This document shows, piece by piece, positions 1 to 10,500 of a DNA stretch of 64,000 nucleotides. The translations under genes and the position numbers were made by a program. Source of the DNA: Paramoeba atlantica (taxonomy: Eukaryota > Protista > Discosea); the NCBI GenBank assembly GCA_977017575.1, contig CDRNVI010000089.1, forward strand, positions 92,912-156,911. Direction: 5' to 3'. Numbering within the stretch: position 1 is the first letter of the stretch; each line of letters begins with the position of its first letter. The notes beneath the pieces were generated by a model, which saw only the letters and a program-made list of their open reading frames with translations, was not told where the DNA came from and ran no database searches.

Positions 1-28
1 TTAAGGGAGCCCATTTCAAGTTCAGAAA

Positions 29-2158
29 TTACTTCGTATAGAAATGAAGACGACCGTATTTTCGCATCATTGATTTCATCTTTCCTTTCTGATAAGTGTT
101 GGACCTTGAAGAGGTATCATCTTGCTTTGAAGTGTTTCGCTTCCGAAGAGTGACTGGAGGAGCATTAGAGAGAGAAAAACTTCTCGAGACATCTCGCAAA
201 TCTAAATCTTCCACCAAAAAAATGTCAGAAAGTGTGTGAGACTGGTACGCATTGAGAAATGCTAGATAAGCTTTTCGACCCGCTCGATGTACAATCGGAT
301 CCTCTTCCATAACTTGTTCCAATGCACTGCGCATGTACTCAGTAGACGACGACCAATCGAAGTCCGTGGATCTGTGCTCAGATATGCTCATACCTTGAGA
401 CCTGAGGTACGAAATAAATCGAAGTTCAAGAGGATCAATAAACAATGTGGCAAGACCAGATTGACAGGCTCTTGCGGTCCTACCGATACGATGGACATAC
501 GCCACAGGATTCACCGGGGGGTCATATTGCAATACCCATGAGACTTTTGGAAAATCAAGACCTCGTGCAGAAACATCAGTTGTAAATAGAGCCATCTCCC
601 CTGGCGATTGAAGGAAAATTTCGTAGGTTGACAAGCGCTGACGGTGCTTCATATCTCCGTGTAACATAAGACATTGGTCATGAAAACCTGAAGAGCCCAT
701 TAACATGCAATGAAATACAGCGCTAGCGCATGTGCTAAAGAAAATAATAATCTTCCCTTTGTCTTCGTCTAATGTTCGCTTTAAGAAAACGAAAAGGGCA
801 ATCAGACGTTCATCTCGGGGTACGACAATATACGTTTGCTGCAATCGCCTTGGAACCAAACCTTCTTTTGCCATTTCCTTTTCCTTAGTTCCTTTAAGAA
901 AATCAATTCTCGATAATTTTTCAGCTTCGTCCTTTGTTTTTGTAGAAGTAAACATAGAACCATCTGTAAGAAGTCTGACGCAACCGGATAATGTGGTAGC
1001 CACAAGTAAAGGGGGATAAAAGTCGGGTTGCATAGCCTCGGGTAGAATGTGACGAACGAAATCTATAGTTCGCGTGTTAGTAGCGCTGAAAAACATATAC
1101 TGAGTGCAATGCATTCGTATGCGGCTCATTATTGAGTGCATTATTAATCTGTTACTTGGTTGAAGCATGCAGTCAGCTTCGTCGAAAACCAACGTTCGAA
1201 TGCTTTGAAGGCTCCACAAGTTGTATTCAGATTCGACTAAATGGTGCTGAAGTCGACCTGGAGTAGCGACAATAAGATGAGAACTTGGGAGACGTTCGGC
1301 TTCCGAGCGTACATTGGTGCCACCTGTTAGTGTAACAATACGCAAAGGATAGGGATCATGTAATTTAGAAGTGGATTTGTGCGCTTTGTCAGATAGTGTA
1401 CCAACATTCGTATCATCTTTGTCAGGCACTGGTGCAATAAGAGAGATGCCTACTCCAGAAATCTGATTAGCCAGTTCTTTTGTCGGCGACAGAACCACAG
1501 ATTGATAATTGTTTGCATACAGGTTATCGATGACAGGCAATAAATATGCAATCGTTTTTCCTGAGCCTGTAGGAGCATGTCCCAGAACATGATAACCGTT
1601 GATAATAAGAGGCATGCATAACTTTTGAATAGGACTAGGAGCAGAATGCATCAAAGAAATATTTTGCAAAAGAAAAGAGGACCGAATACCAAAATCCTGC
1701 CACTCTTTTACAAACGAATGCTCGGGAACCACATGGTCAACTGGCGATTTAGAACATGTGCTATTTCCATCTTTCATAGTTTCCTGTGAGGTAGCCTTAT
1801 CGACATGATCCACAAGACTCTCACTTATTGAACTTTCCATTTGAAGTTCCACTCGTAGTCTACTGGCCTCCGTAAATTTCTTTTGGCGCTTACGATTTTT
1901 AGAAAAATTATTTTCTGATAATTCGTCAGATGAAAGATCATCAGTGTCGAATGACTTGGCCGTACCTCCGCGAGGAGTGCAGTACCTTTGCATAGCGCTA
2001 TCATCTAGTATGGCATTTCTTTCACTCCTCTTCATTGATTTTGAAGAAGTAAGCATTTCATCGCTGTGATACAAGTCATCATCCATGCCCGAAAGTGTTT
2101 TTCGAGTACTATTCTCTATTCGCAGTCGAAGACGCTTTCTTTTGCCTTTGGTTCCCAT
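29..2158 (-). CDS. HAS1: DEAD-box RNA helicase, HAS1/DDX18-like (ribosome biogenesis)
   Basis: Motifs APTGSGKT, PTKELA, TPGRL, DEAD, SAT, TDVSARGLD, HRIGRTAR, plus a HAS1-type C-terminal extension (AYLAFLNAYQSH...DL.DVSRSF...PPV.L). First ATG at 2158; the ORF track starts at TTG 2176. Confidence 0.85.
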   Translation of the reverse strand: MGTKGKRKRLRLRIENSTRKTLSGMDDDLYHSDEMLTSSKSMKRSERNAILDDSAMQRYCTPRGGTAKSFDTDDLSSDELSENNFSKNRKRQKKFTEASRLRVELQMESSISESLVDHVDKATSQETMKDGNSTCSKSPVDHVVPEHSFVKEWQDFGIRSSFLLQNISLMHSAPSPIQKLCMPLIINGYHVLGHAPTGSGKTIAYLLPVIDNLYANNYQSVVLSPTKELANQISGVGISLIAPVPDKDDTNVGTLSDKAHKSTSKLHDPYPLRIVTLTGGTNVRSEAERLPSSHLIVATPGRLQHHLVESEYNLWSLQSIRTLVFDEADCMLQPSNRLIMHSIMSRIRMHCTQYMFFSATNTRTIDFVRHILPEAMQPDFYPPLLVATTLSGCVRLLTDGSMFTSTKTKDEAEKLSRIDFLKGTKEKEMAKEGLVPRRLQQTYIVVPRDERLIALFVFLKRTLDEDKGKIIIFFSTCASAVFHCMLMGSSGFHDQCLMLHGDMKHRQRLSTYEIFLQSPGEMALFTTDVSARGLDFPKVSWVLQYDPPVNPVAYVHRIGRTARACQSGLATLFIDPLELRFISYLRSQGMSISEHRSTDFDWSSSTEYMRSALEQVMEEDPIVHRAGRKAYLAFLNAYQSHTLSDIFLVEDLDLRDVSRSFSLSNAPPVTLRKRNTSKQDDTSSRSNTYQKGKMKSMMRKYGRLHFYTK

Positions 2159-2485
2159 TGAAAATTTTAAGTTCAAGAATCGTAGTTAATGGGTCCGCTA
2201 AAACTATAATATAGCGTTTCAAATTTCGAAAATACTAAAACAAAAATTCAGAGATAAAAACACACGTACAAATTATTTATAGATTTTAAAATAAAAAAAA
2301 ATAAAAGGAAATCGGCTTTACTTTCAGACAAACATGTACAGAAGGGTGAATACAGAAATTACGTATTCTGTTAAACAGAATACATAGTTTGTGATCAAAT
2401 TACAATGTAATTTACTGCAATAAAAAAGCAAGCGATAAAAGAAAGCAGATGTTACCAAAATCTAAGAATCAAGGAAAAACAAATC

Positions 2486-3076
2486 CTACGATGTTATGCG
2501 TTGCATACTTTCTCCCCTCTTTCTTAAAACGTCCTCTATAGTTCCCTTCTCATTTTCGAACCATCCAAGATGATCAGCTAACAAGTGCTTTCCTCTACAT
2601 CCTGGACATTGTACAATGACTATACCATGGTAGTAAGATCGTTTGGAGAAACGCTTAACGGATCGCGTTTCACATTTGGTACACGTAAACGCCATCAGCA
2701 ACTCTCCAGAAGATGGACCCACACCCTTATCGCCCAACCGTTTCGATGTTGTTGACTTACTTTCCGAGGAAAGACCCGAGCAGTTGTTTATCTCTGCATC
2801 TAAAGACTGAGTTGAGTCTTCCGGACATTGCTGTACAGGTGCTTTATAATTCCTAAGATCATATGATTCATGATCAGACCCTTTTAGGGCTGCGTGAAAT
2901 AATTTCTGGTCGTCTAGGCAGATAGTTGAAGGAAAACTATTCGATGAACGCGATTCCGCATCTGGACGGGATGAATGAGACGCAATAACGGGAGCCTTGC
3001 AATATGATCGTAGCTGTGAGCGCTGTACTAAATGCGAAATTCTGTTTAGGGATGAAGCTAGTACTTTAGAGAACAT
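2486..3076 (-). CDS. ZIM17: DNL-type zinc finger protein (Zim17/Hep1/DNLZ, mitochondrial Hsp70 escort)
   Basis: MAFTCTKCETRSVKRFSKRSY..GIVIVQCPGC..KHLLADHLGWF motif; basic/hydroxylated N-terminal presequence; ATG at 3076. Confidence 0.9.
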   Translation of the reverse strand: MFSKVLASSLNRISHLVQRSQLRSYCKAPVIASHSSRPDAESRSSNSFPSTICLDDQKLFHAALKGSDHESYDLRNYKAPVQQCPEDSTQSLDAEINNCSGLSSESKSTTSKRLGDKGVGPSSGELLMAFTCTKCETRSVKRFSKRSYYHGIVIVQCPGCRGKHLLADHLGWFENEKGTIEDVLRKRGESMQRITS

Positions 3077-3262
3077 GAACAAATAAAGAGAAACAATGAT
3101 CAGCTAAAAACTATTTTTTTATGCTGTCAACCGATTACTTCTCAAAAAGTTTTGTAAGTCTGTTTCTCGCTCAATATTTATGTAGGAGCCTGTTGCAACA
3201 TTAAAAAACAAGTTTTACTACTCCACACAATGTCATTCGACTTCTCATATCTTTAAGTCTTT

Positions 3263-3643
3263 TTAATAATCATTCGGGTTTGACATATCCGCACCTAATT
3301 TCCACCACGCCAAGGTGTAGTACATGTGCAAGTCTGATTGCCTTTGGTCGCTTTCCAGATCATCCCAGCCATCGCCGTCTCGAGGCCATATGTGCATTGT
3401 GCGATAGTGTGTAAAATACCACGGCAAATTTTTATCCATTTTTTTGATAAATCCCGGATTCTCAAGTCCATGCGGAAACTCTCCCCTGGTGGGTAAATCG
3501 AAATCTGCGTAGCGCATATGAAAATTAAAGAAGCGTAACGATGTGGAGTACAAGAGCGCGTGGTTTGGTCGACTGTGACAATTACGAAACAATGGACTAG
3601 AAAAAAATTGGCTGGAAGCACGAAATTTAGACATGTGATTCAT
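3263..3643 (-). CDS. Small hypothetical protein, probably mitochondrial
   Basis: 126-aa ATG-initiated ORF on the coding strand. R/S/F-rich presequence-like N-terminus followed by a W/Y-rich domain; no family recognised. Confidence 0.65.
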   Translation of the reverse strand: MNHMSKFRASSQFFSSPLFRNCHSRPNHALLYSTSLRFFNFHMRYADFDLPTRGEFPHGLENPGFIKKMDKNLPWYFTHYRTMHIWPRDGDGWDDLESDQRQSDLHMYYTLAWWKLGADMSNPNDY

Positions 3644-3897
3644 GGTGTATCAGGCGAAAGATAAAAATAGAAGAGTGATATACAACGTTCATGTAAGCAT
3701 GTGAGAACATGCATGTGTATAAACATATAATTTATAAATATTTGTGCAATACAAACGTATACGCGTAAGCATACGTACACATACGAATACACGTACTATA
3801 CGTAGTCCCTAGTAGTAGGTGTAAGATATAAGTTTGTTCCTTCAACCATTTAGAAGTATGACCATTCCTGTTACGTGCTTTATGTGTTTATTGCGGA

Positions 3898-5454
3898 TCA
3901 AAGATTCCGGCAAATATTCCTCATACCATCGTATACAAGACCATTAGGCATAATTACTCCCGTTCGGGTCAAAAGTTTTTGAGCTTCCTGTGCAGCGAAT
4001 CCACCTAAAATACTAGAAACAGAGTCAACACAACCAACGTTCTCTTGATAAAGCCGTGACAGATATTCATGTAAATTATGATTAAAAAGATTGGAGCAAG
4101 CACGAACCTCCGCATCCCTCTGCTTTGTGAACGCATCCGCTGCATTGGGTGCTTTGAACACAGCAGTATTTCGAAAATCAGCAAAGCCGGTGTCCAAAAG
4201 TAAAAAGAGGGCTACGAGGGGGTCAATATTAGTGAGTGAATCAGAGGCCATGGAAGCGTTGTCTTCAGCAATGCATCCTTCGAAGGAGGAAATACATTCA
4301 AAAATACTGGTAGAAGATTCGCAAATATGTAAGCGGTGGGCGTTTCGACAGTACAATTGCGCGTACTTCCGTAGTTTGATAGGATCAACGAAAGATAAAA
4401 TATGTTTTTTGGCCTGTTGAACTACGACTTCTACGTCTTCATTATGTTTCGTAGAATATATGTTTCTAAGCTGAATATAGACTTGAGCATCGCATTCTAT
4501 GTCATGGAGTAGACCCGAGTGTGGTAACAAATTTTTAGAATTGTAAAAATCCCGTATGCTTCGAAGAACAGCAATTGATTCATTCTTAGGGGTATCGAGT
4601 GATACGTGCGAAAATACGGTTTGAGTGTTCTCGGTCAACTGTGGTGTGGTTAACTGATGTTTGTGCTTCAAAATTTCCCGAGCAGCAAAGGGATGAGTCT
4701 GCTCTTCGTTTTCGAATTCGATACTGCTCAAAGTTTTAGATTTCGAAAAAATAATATAGGCTACAATCGGCCACGGAAGAATGTTTGATGTCTTCAAATT
4801 TTTACTTTCATGTACAACTTTTGAATGATGCTCGATAAATTTGACTAAAGCCGGGAAAGGATTATCCAATCTAAGATCCCAATACTCCTCATCACGATAG
4901 GAATCAACAACCACAACAGGGGGAATTTGGACTTGAAGACACCCGAAAAAGCCGAGAGATCTCACATATAACAAAGGAACGCATTGCATAGAGACCGCCA
5001 AAGCAATTTGAAAAAGAGATTTTCGCTCAACATCCCCGCAGAGAACAAGAGAAAATTCGTCGAACGTGCTGACATTTTCAGAAATCCATTCAGCTGGGTC
5101 ACGAAGCACGGCATGCGACATACATGACGTGTTCAAGCCCGCAAGAAAATCTCGTGAAGCCTGGGCACGAAAACAACCCTCTTGCATATCGCCGAAACTA
5201 ATAACAGAAGACAGATCGTCCGGCGTACAGAACCTCTCATCTACAATGCAAAACGAACCCAAGCCTGCAAGAACAAGACATCGAAGTGCTTCACACGCTG
5301 CAGCACTTATTCCCAAGAGATAAACAGTAGAGAGAGAGAGTCGATTCTGAGCTTCCTCCCCCCACAAGACAATTTGTCTGTCATAAAGATCTTGCTGATG
5401 CTCTGATAAATAGGTTTGGTAAGTTTGAATGCTGGATCCGCTCTGACATTTCAT
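3898..5454 (-). CDS. NAE1: NEDD8-activating enzyme E1 regulatory subunit (APPBP1/ULA1)
   Basis: YDRQIVLWGEEAQ..L, ThiF-like LVLAGLGSFCIVD, DLRLDNPFPAL, SILGGFAAQEAQKLLT; ATG at 5454. Confidence 0.85.
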   Translation of the reverse strand: MKCQSGSSIQTYQTYLSEHQQDLYDRQIVLWGEEAQNRLSLSTVYLLGISAAACEALRCLVLAGLGSFCIVDERFCTPDDLSSVISFGDMQEGCFRAQASRDFLAGLNTSCMSHAVLRDPAEWISENVSTFDEFSLVLCGDVERKSLFQIALAVSMQCVPLLYVRSLGFFGCLQVQIPPVVVVDSYRDEEYWDLRLDNPFPALVKFIEHHSKVVHESKNLKTSNILPWPIVAYIIFSKSKTLSSIEFENEEQTHPFAAREILKHKHQLTTPQLTENTQTVFSHVSLDTPKNESIAVLRSIRDFYNSKNLLPHSGLLHDIECDAQVYIQLRNIYSTKHNEDVEVVVQQAKKHILSFVDPIKLRKYAQLYCRNAHRLHICESSTSIFECISSFEGCIAEDNASMASDSLTNIDPLVALFLLLDTGFADFRNTAVFKAPNAADAFTKQRDAEVRACSNLFNHNLHEYLSRLYQENVGCVDSVSSILGGFAAQEAQKLLTRTGVIMPNGLVYDGMRNICRNL

Positions 5455-5732
5455 TAACAATCTGCAATCGAGTTCTCTGCTCTGCTATCTTCCAATCTCA
5501 TGCTACTCCCAGAAGAATATTCCTGTAACACTGGATCACCTGATGAAATAAAAGTTTATAAGCGTGGATTAGTACTTATGAATTACTTTACAGCCTGTAT
5601 TACAAGTAATGTAGGTTCTCTACGAGTTGAAAAGACGCGACCTTACTCCAATAGTTCCAGATCGCAAACTTGATGTCGAAGGTTCATAAATGCACCTCAC
5701 CAAAACATCAAAAATAGAACAACGCCGTATCA

Positions 5733-7217
5733 TTACATTAATTTCAAATACAGCGTTTCAATTTTGCGAAAAAGGTTGTGTACTTCAGTTCTTTTCATTC
5801 CTAATGCACATGCTAAAGAGAGGTATGGTATCCCATCGGAGTGATCTACATAATCCATATGAAAATCACAATTTTTGTACGAATATGAACCAGAGTGAGC
5901 GCCATAGTTCTGAAACGTAATACATTCAATACATTTTGAACCGGAATCTTTCCCCACCACTCGGGTGCCTGTGACACCGTTGCGAAATAATCTGCTCCCA
6001 AGATTTCGGCAGGCCTCGTCTGTGGGTAAATGTGTAAGAGTAAGTCCGAAGGAAATGTCGTTCTTGGGATGAATCCATGCATTTTCCTTTAACCGCGCAG
6101 CTGTACGTCTTAGACAATCCAAAAACTCAAATAAAACAGTCTGACGGGCGTCCCACAGCTCGCGTACTCCAGATTTGCCAAGCTGCAGGAGAGTGATAAA
6201 AACATCAAGAGTTGGTGAGATACTTGCTCTTCCAGGATAGGTGCTGCATATCTCTTGAATAGTCTCAGGATTACTGGACGCAAGAATAGAACCTCCCACC
6301 GGCACCAAAAGATTTTTATCAGTACTTTGTACTAAAACGTCGATGCGCCCGCCATTAGAGCTCATCCCGGCATTAATTCGTTTCATTGTTTCGCGGCTTT
6401 GAAGTCCGTAGGCATTATTCACGACGTGTGGAAGATTAAATTCACTACAAAGGCGCGACAAGAGCAGGACGTCATCAGGAAGACGCGGAGCAAAACAAGA
6501 CGTGGTACTCAACAGGCACAATATGTTTTCCTCGCCTAGAATACGAATATGTCGTCTCACTTCGGCAACATCGGTTGCCAAAAAGTGAGCATCCTCTTCC
6601 GAAAAGCAGGTTTTTGGATTCGAATTTGCAGATGGAGTAAGAGGAATGACCGCGGGAACAAGTCCTGCGCAAAATATGCTCTTTAAGCATGATTTCTGAT
6701 CGATTCGAGGCCAAAGAACAAATTTCTTGTTCGAATGGCTCTTAGAACGCAGAAAGTTCAGAACGAGTGTTAACGACATCCCAGTGCAAAGGGGTACTAT
6801 GCATGCCTCTTTGACGTAAGTGCAACCTAAAGATTTCTGAAAAAAAGAAACGACAAGCCGGTTCGTCAGCCTTTGTAACAAAGAGGAACCAGCTGCCTTT
6901 GGTTGGTCTTCCGTTAGGTACCCAGACCTTCCCATGCCGTGCGCTAAGTAGAAGTGGCGTCGTCGAACAAGAGAACTAAGCACGCGGCCCTCACGTTCCC
7001 CTCCTCCCACATGATGTAAAAAATTGTTGCTATCCTGAGAGGATAGGAAGTGCAGAAAGCGCTCTATGGCTAACTCGGACCACCCATCCTCCGGGAGGGA
7101 ACGTTGTGAAATGAGAGATTGAAAAGAGCGATGCATCGCGATTGACCCTTCAATCCCCGCACGAGAGATGTTTTCTTGTACCAAAGAATCATCAAAGAAG
7201 GAAAGTGATTCGTGCAT
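5733..7217 (-). CDS. SEPSECS: O-phosphoseryl-tRNA(Sec) selenium transferase
   Basis: DSNNF..VGGGEREGR, HGMGRSG.L.EDQPKAAGSS, WPRIDQKSC, HVVNNAYGLQ, QSTDKNLLVPVGG (PLP lysine), YPGRAS; first ATG at 7217. Confidence 0.95.
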   Translation of the reverse strand: MHESLSFFDDSLVQENISRAGIEGSIAMHRSFQSLISQRSLPEDGWSELAIERFLHFLSSQDSNNFLHHVGGGEREGRVLSSLVRRRHFYLAHGMGRSGYLTEDQPKAAGSSLLQRLTNRLVVSFFQKSLGCTYVKEACIVPLCTGMSLTLVLNFLRSKSHSNKKFVLWPRIDQKSCLKSIFCAGLVPAVIPLTPSANSNPKTCFSEEDAHFLATDVAEVRRHIRILGEENILCLLSTTSCFAPRLPDDVLLLSRLCSEFNLPHVVNNAYGLQSRETMKRINAGMSSNGGRIDVLVQSTDKNLLVPVGGSILASSNPETIQEICSTYPGRASISPTLDVFITLLQLGKSGVRELWDARQTVLFEFLDCLRRTAARLKENAWIHPKNDISFGLTLTHLPTDEACRNLGSRLFRNGVTGTRVVGKDSGSKCIECITFQNYGAHSGSYSYKNCDFHMDYVDHSDGIPYLSLACALGMKRTEVHNLFRKIETLYLKLM

Positions 7218-7556
7218 ATTCACTAGATCATACGTTTCATTAATTGATAGATTCAGACACGTGGACAATAATCAATAGCAGTAATTCTTCAATAACAGCA
7301 AGACAGTGATTATTCTAAATTTACATAAAAAAACAGCAATGTGCTTTTGCAAGAATACATTCTCTTTAATTTCTGTAAAAGAGAAATCAAGCGCATTGAA
7401 CACTCAATACACAGTACAAGACTGTAAGATGTTCTACTGTATACAAAAAACACGAAATATGTCAAAAAACATAAACTACAAAATCATACCCCTAATGGAT
7501 CTTTCGTTCTATTTCAACACCACCACTCCGCACCACTATCCTATCCACCTCTCTTT

Positions 7557-10500
7557 TCACCAAAACGGACACCACCCCACATACGCCACACACAAATTAT
7601 CCACCGAAGTCGCCTCCTCAATTAACCGTTGTACCTGTTGACCCACCTCTAACCCCCGAAAACTATTCGAACTCGTTAACAACCCCCCCATATTCTCCCC
7701 TCCAGGAGAACCACTACCCCCATCCCCCTCCACCCTCATTCCCCCACCCCCCCTATTTCCTTTATTCCCCCCCTCCTCCTCACCTCCCCCTAGCCACCCC
7801 CTTCCCCCCAACCCCATCCCCATCCCCCCATACCCCCATGTCGGCATCCCTATCCCTACCCCTCCCCCCCCTCCCCCCAGCATCGTGTGCGTGGACTCCA
7901 CATACGAGGTCCCGAGAAAGATCGGTCCCGGTCGCTCACAGTACGACATCATCGGGTGCAGCACCCCGCGGCCGTCGAACACCCCGGGGGACCCGGAGCG
8001 GGGGCTCTCCGTCTGCTGCGGCACACACCCCGGGGCCTCCGCCCCCCCCCGCGGGGGCCAGGGGGCGTGGAAGTCGGTGCCGTGGAGCTTGTCCCGCACC
8101 CGGCGCAGGACGCGCCTCGCGGTCTTGTTCTTCCCGCTCATGCCGTAGGTCACGCGGAGGAGCGCCATGAAGGACTCGGGTTGCTCCCCGACGCCCTTGA
8201 GGAAGAGGAGGGGGTCGTGGGGGTAGAGGCGGCAGGCGGCCTTGAAGACGCGGACGGCGGAGAGGAAGGCGGGGTGGAAGGAGGTGAGGGTTTGGGTGAG
8301 GAGGTCGTGGATGCGGTTGAGGAGGGAGGGGAGGGAGGGGTGGGGGGGTGCGGGGGGTGGGGGGGTGTCGGCCTCGGGACTGCTGTGGTGGGGGGGAGCG
8401 TGGGGGTCGGTGGGTTTCTCGGATAAAAGAATTCGAGAACGAGAGGGACCTGTGGAACAGATCGGGACAGGAGAGTGTTCGGAAGTTTCCATGAAGTTAG
8501 GCTCTTCATCCTCCAAAGAAGGCTCTGGACCATCGGTGGGATCATTTGTAACGGCGTTAGTTTCTAGAGGGTTCTCCTCCTCAAAGTGTAGAGTACTGTT
8601 GCACTTGTTTTCTGATAAGTCGTCAGCCGTGAATCGAGCTGTGGGAGAGGTCAACCGACTTCCCGACCTGCTTGAAGGTTTTTCAGATAATGATTTGGTA
8701 TTCGTCACCTTAAAACGTGTCTCTGGGTCCCGAGATTGCGTACCTGTGTGCTCTGATGATGTAGACGTTTCTAAATGGGAAGACAGGGAGAGCGCCTCCA
8801 TTTTATCAACTGTATCTTGTAACCCAACCGCCCTCGGAGATGTAGCACCCAAAGTGTCCCAGTGTTGTAAACAATATTGGTGCAAGCGTACCATGTCAGT
8901 TGCATCCAGATTCTCGAGCTTGACTGAGGAATGTTCATTTTCAGAGTTTTTTGTCAATGCCTTCTCTTTTGGCATCAGAAGCTTTTTCGCGTGGTGCTTA
9001 AACTCCTTTTCACGATAAGATCGTGAAATAAGTTCATCAGTGGGCATTAAGGAAAACTTTTCAACTGCGTTCAATAAGGATGCCTCGTCAATGGTAGCCG
9101 CTCCAGGAGTTTTAGTCGCTGGAGGGCCAGATGGGTCATCATCAAATTCAAGGACCTCAACTGTCTTTTTTGCTGCTTCCCTGGCGGCATCTACTGTGGT
9201 TGAACTTTCATAGAGGGTATCCAGACGCCAACTCAGCAGAGGGTCATGCGCAAAAGTTTCCAAAAGAGAGGTTACGGAATCTTTGTGTTTACGAAGCGCG
9301 GTCATGACTCTTTCACAGATGTGCTTAAAAGTTCCATCAAGACCGCACGCCTCCATAGCCCCTACCAACATACGCGTTAGACGAAAAGGAACCTTTTCAG
9401 GAAATTTTTCTCGCGCCATAGCTACCTCAAAACAATCTCCAAAGTCAATGTGAACAACATTTCCACTGCTATGAATCATTATGTTGTTCAAATGGCGATC
9501 ACCGAGACCTAAGACATAGCCTACCATCGACATCATTGCCATCGTTCGAATATAATTCGTGCGGTATTCAATCCAATTTTCACTCGTGTCATTACGTTCC
9601 CAAAAGAGCAACCGAAGATCACTTGTGGGGGTGTTGTCTAGAACATGCTGAAGATAGTCGCGCTTCTTGGCGAAGGGTAGGTCACTGAAGTCATTGATGT
9701 GCTTTAGATCTCCCAATTGCGTTAATAAATTAACTTCAAGCATAAGACTCGTCCCGCTGCCTTGTCGATACGAAGTGATCATTTGATACACTGTCTCAGT
9801 ATTTTCAATCCATTGAATCAAACCGACGTTTTCAGAGAGCGGCATGACGCTATACGTGGAAATAGAAAGTCCAGCGGGCAGCTGGGGGCTTACGGCAAAA
9901 AACGAATTTAATAGCGTAAACAGTTGCATCACACGTTCGTCCATGCGCAAATCCTCGTGCCCTTTTAGAAGAAATTTGTATTCATACCCATTTACACCTC
10001 GTAAGGTTACGCGTCGTGGCCGCTGCTTGGACGGAATGATGCGCAGATCTCTGTGAAAACCGGAGAAGAGCAGCGTGGGTCCGTGTGGATTGTAGGTTCC
10101 AGGAATAGGAAGGGTAAAAGTGCGCTCCGCTAGAACACTCGAGTAGTCCTCTAAAGGCACCACTTTAGGAAGTGATTGCACTCTTTCCGTTAAGCGTTGG
10201 TGGACTTGTCGAAGTAGTGTCCAGGCCTCTGCAAAGCGTCCTGCTTCGGTGGCAGGAAGGCTGGCTTCTGTTACCGGTTGTTCCCCTTCTGGAATTTCAA
10301 TCTCGTGCAGGTCGTTGATGCAACGCCAAGCACGTCTTATTAAGGGACCAAGTGTTTTTTGGAAGAGCCTCTCATCCTTTGTCTTTGGGTTATCTAGCAC
10401 GGAATATAGGGGCCCAATGTGCTCCATGTAAAGATCAAGATCTGTACTAGCATCCCCTCGACGCTGTTTTGCAATTGTTTCGATCGCGTTTAGCCAGCGG

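Noticed and set aside
7838-9018. Long plus-strand ORFs opposite TOR (also 48901-49524, 56888-57571, 55009-55436, 62792-63148)
   Set aside because: Antisense shadows of GC-rich or conserved minus-strand genes, with no motifs.
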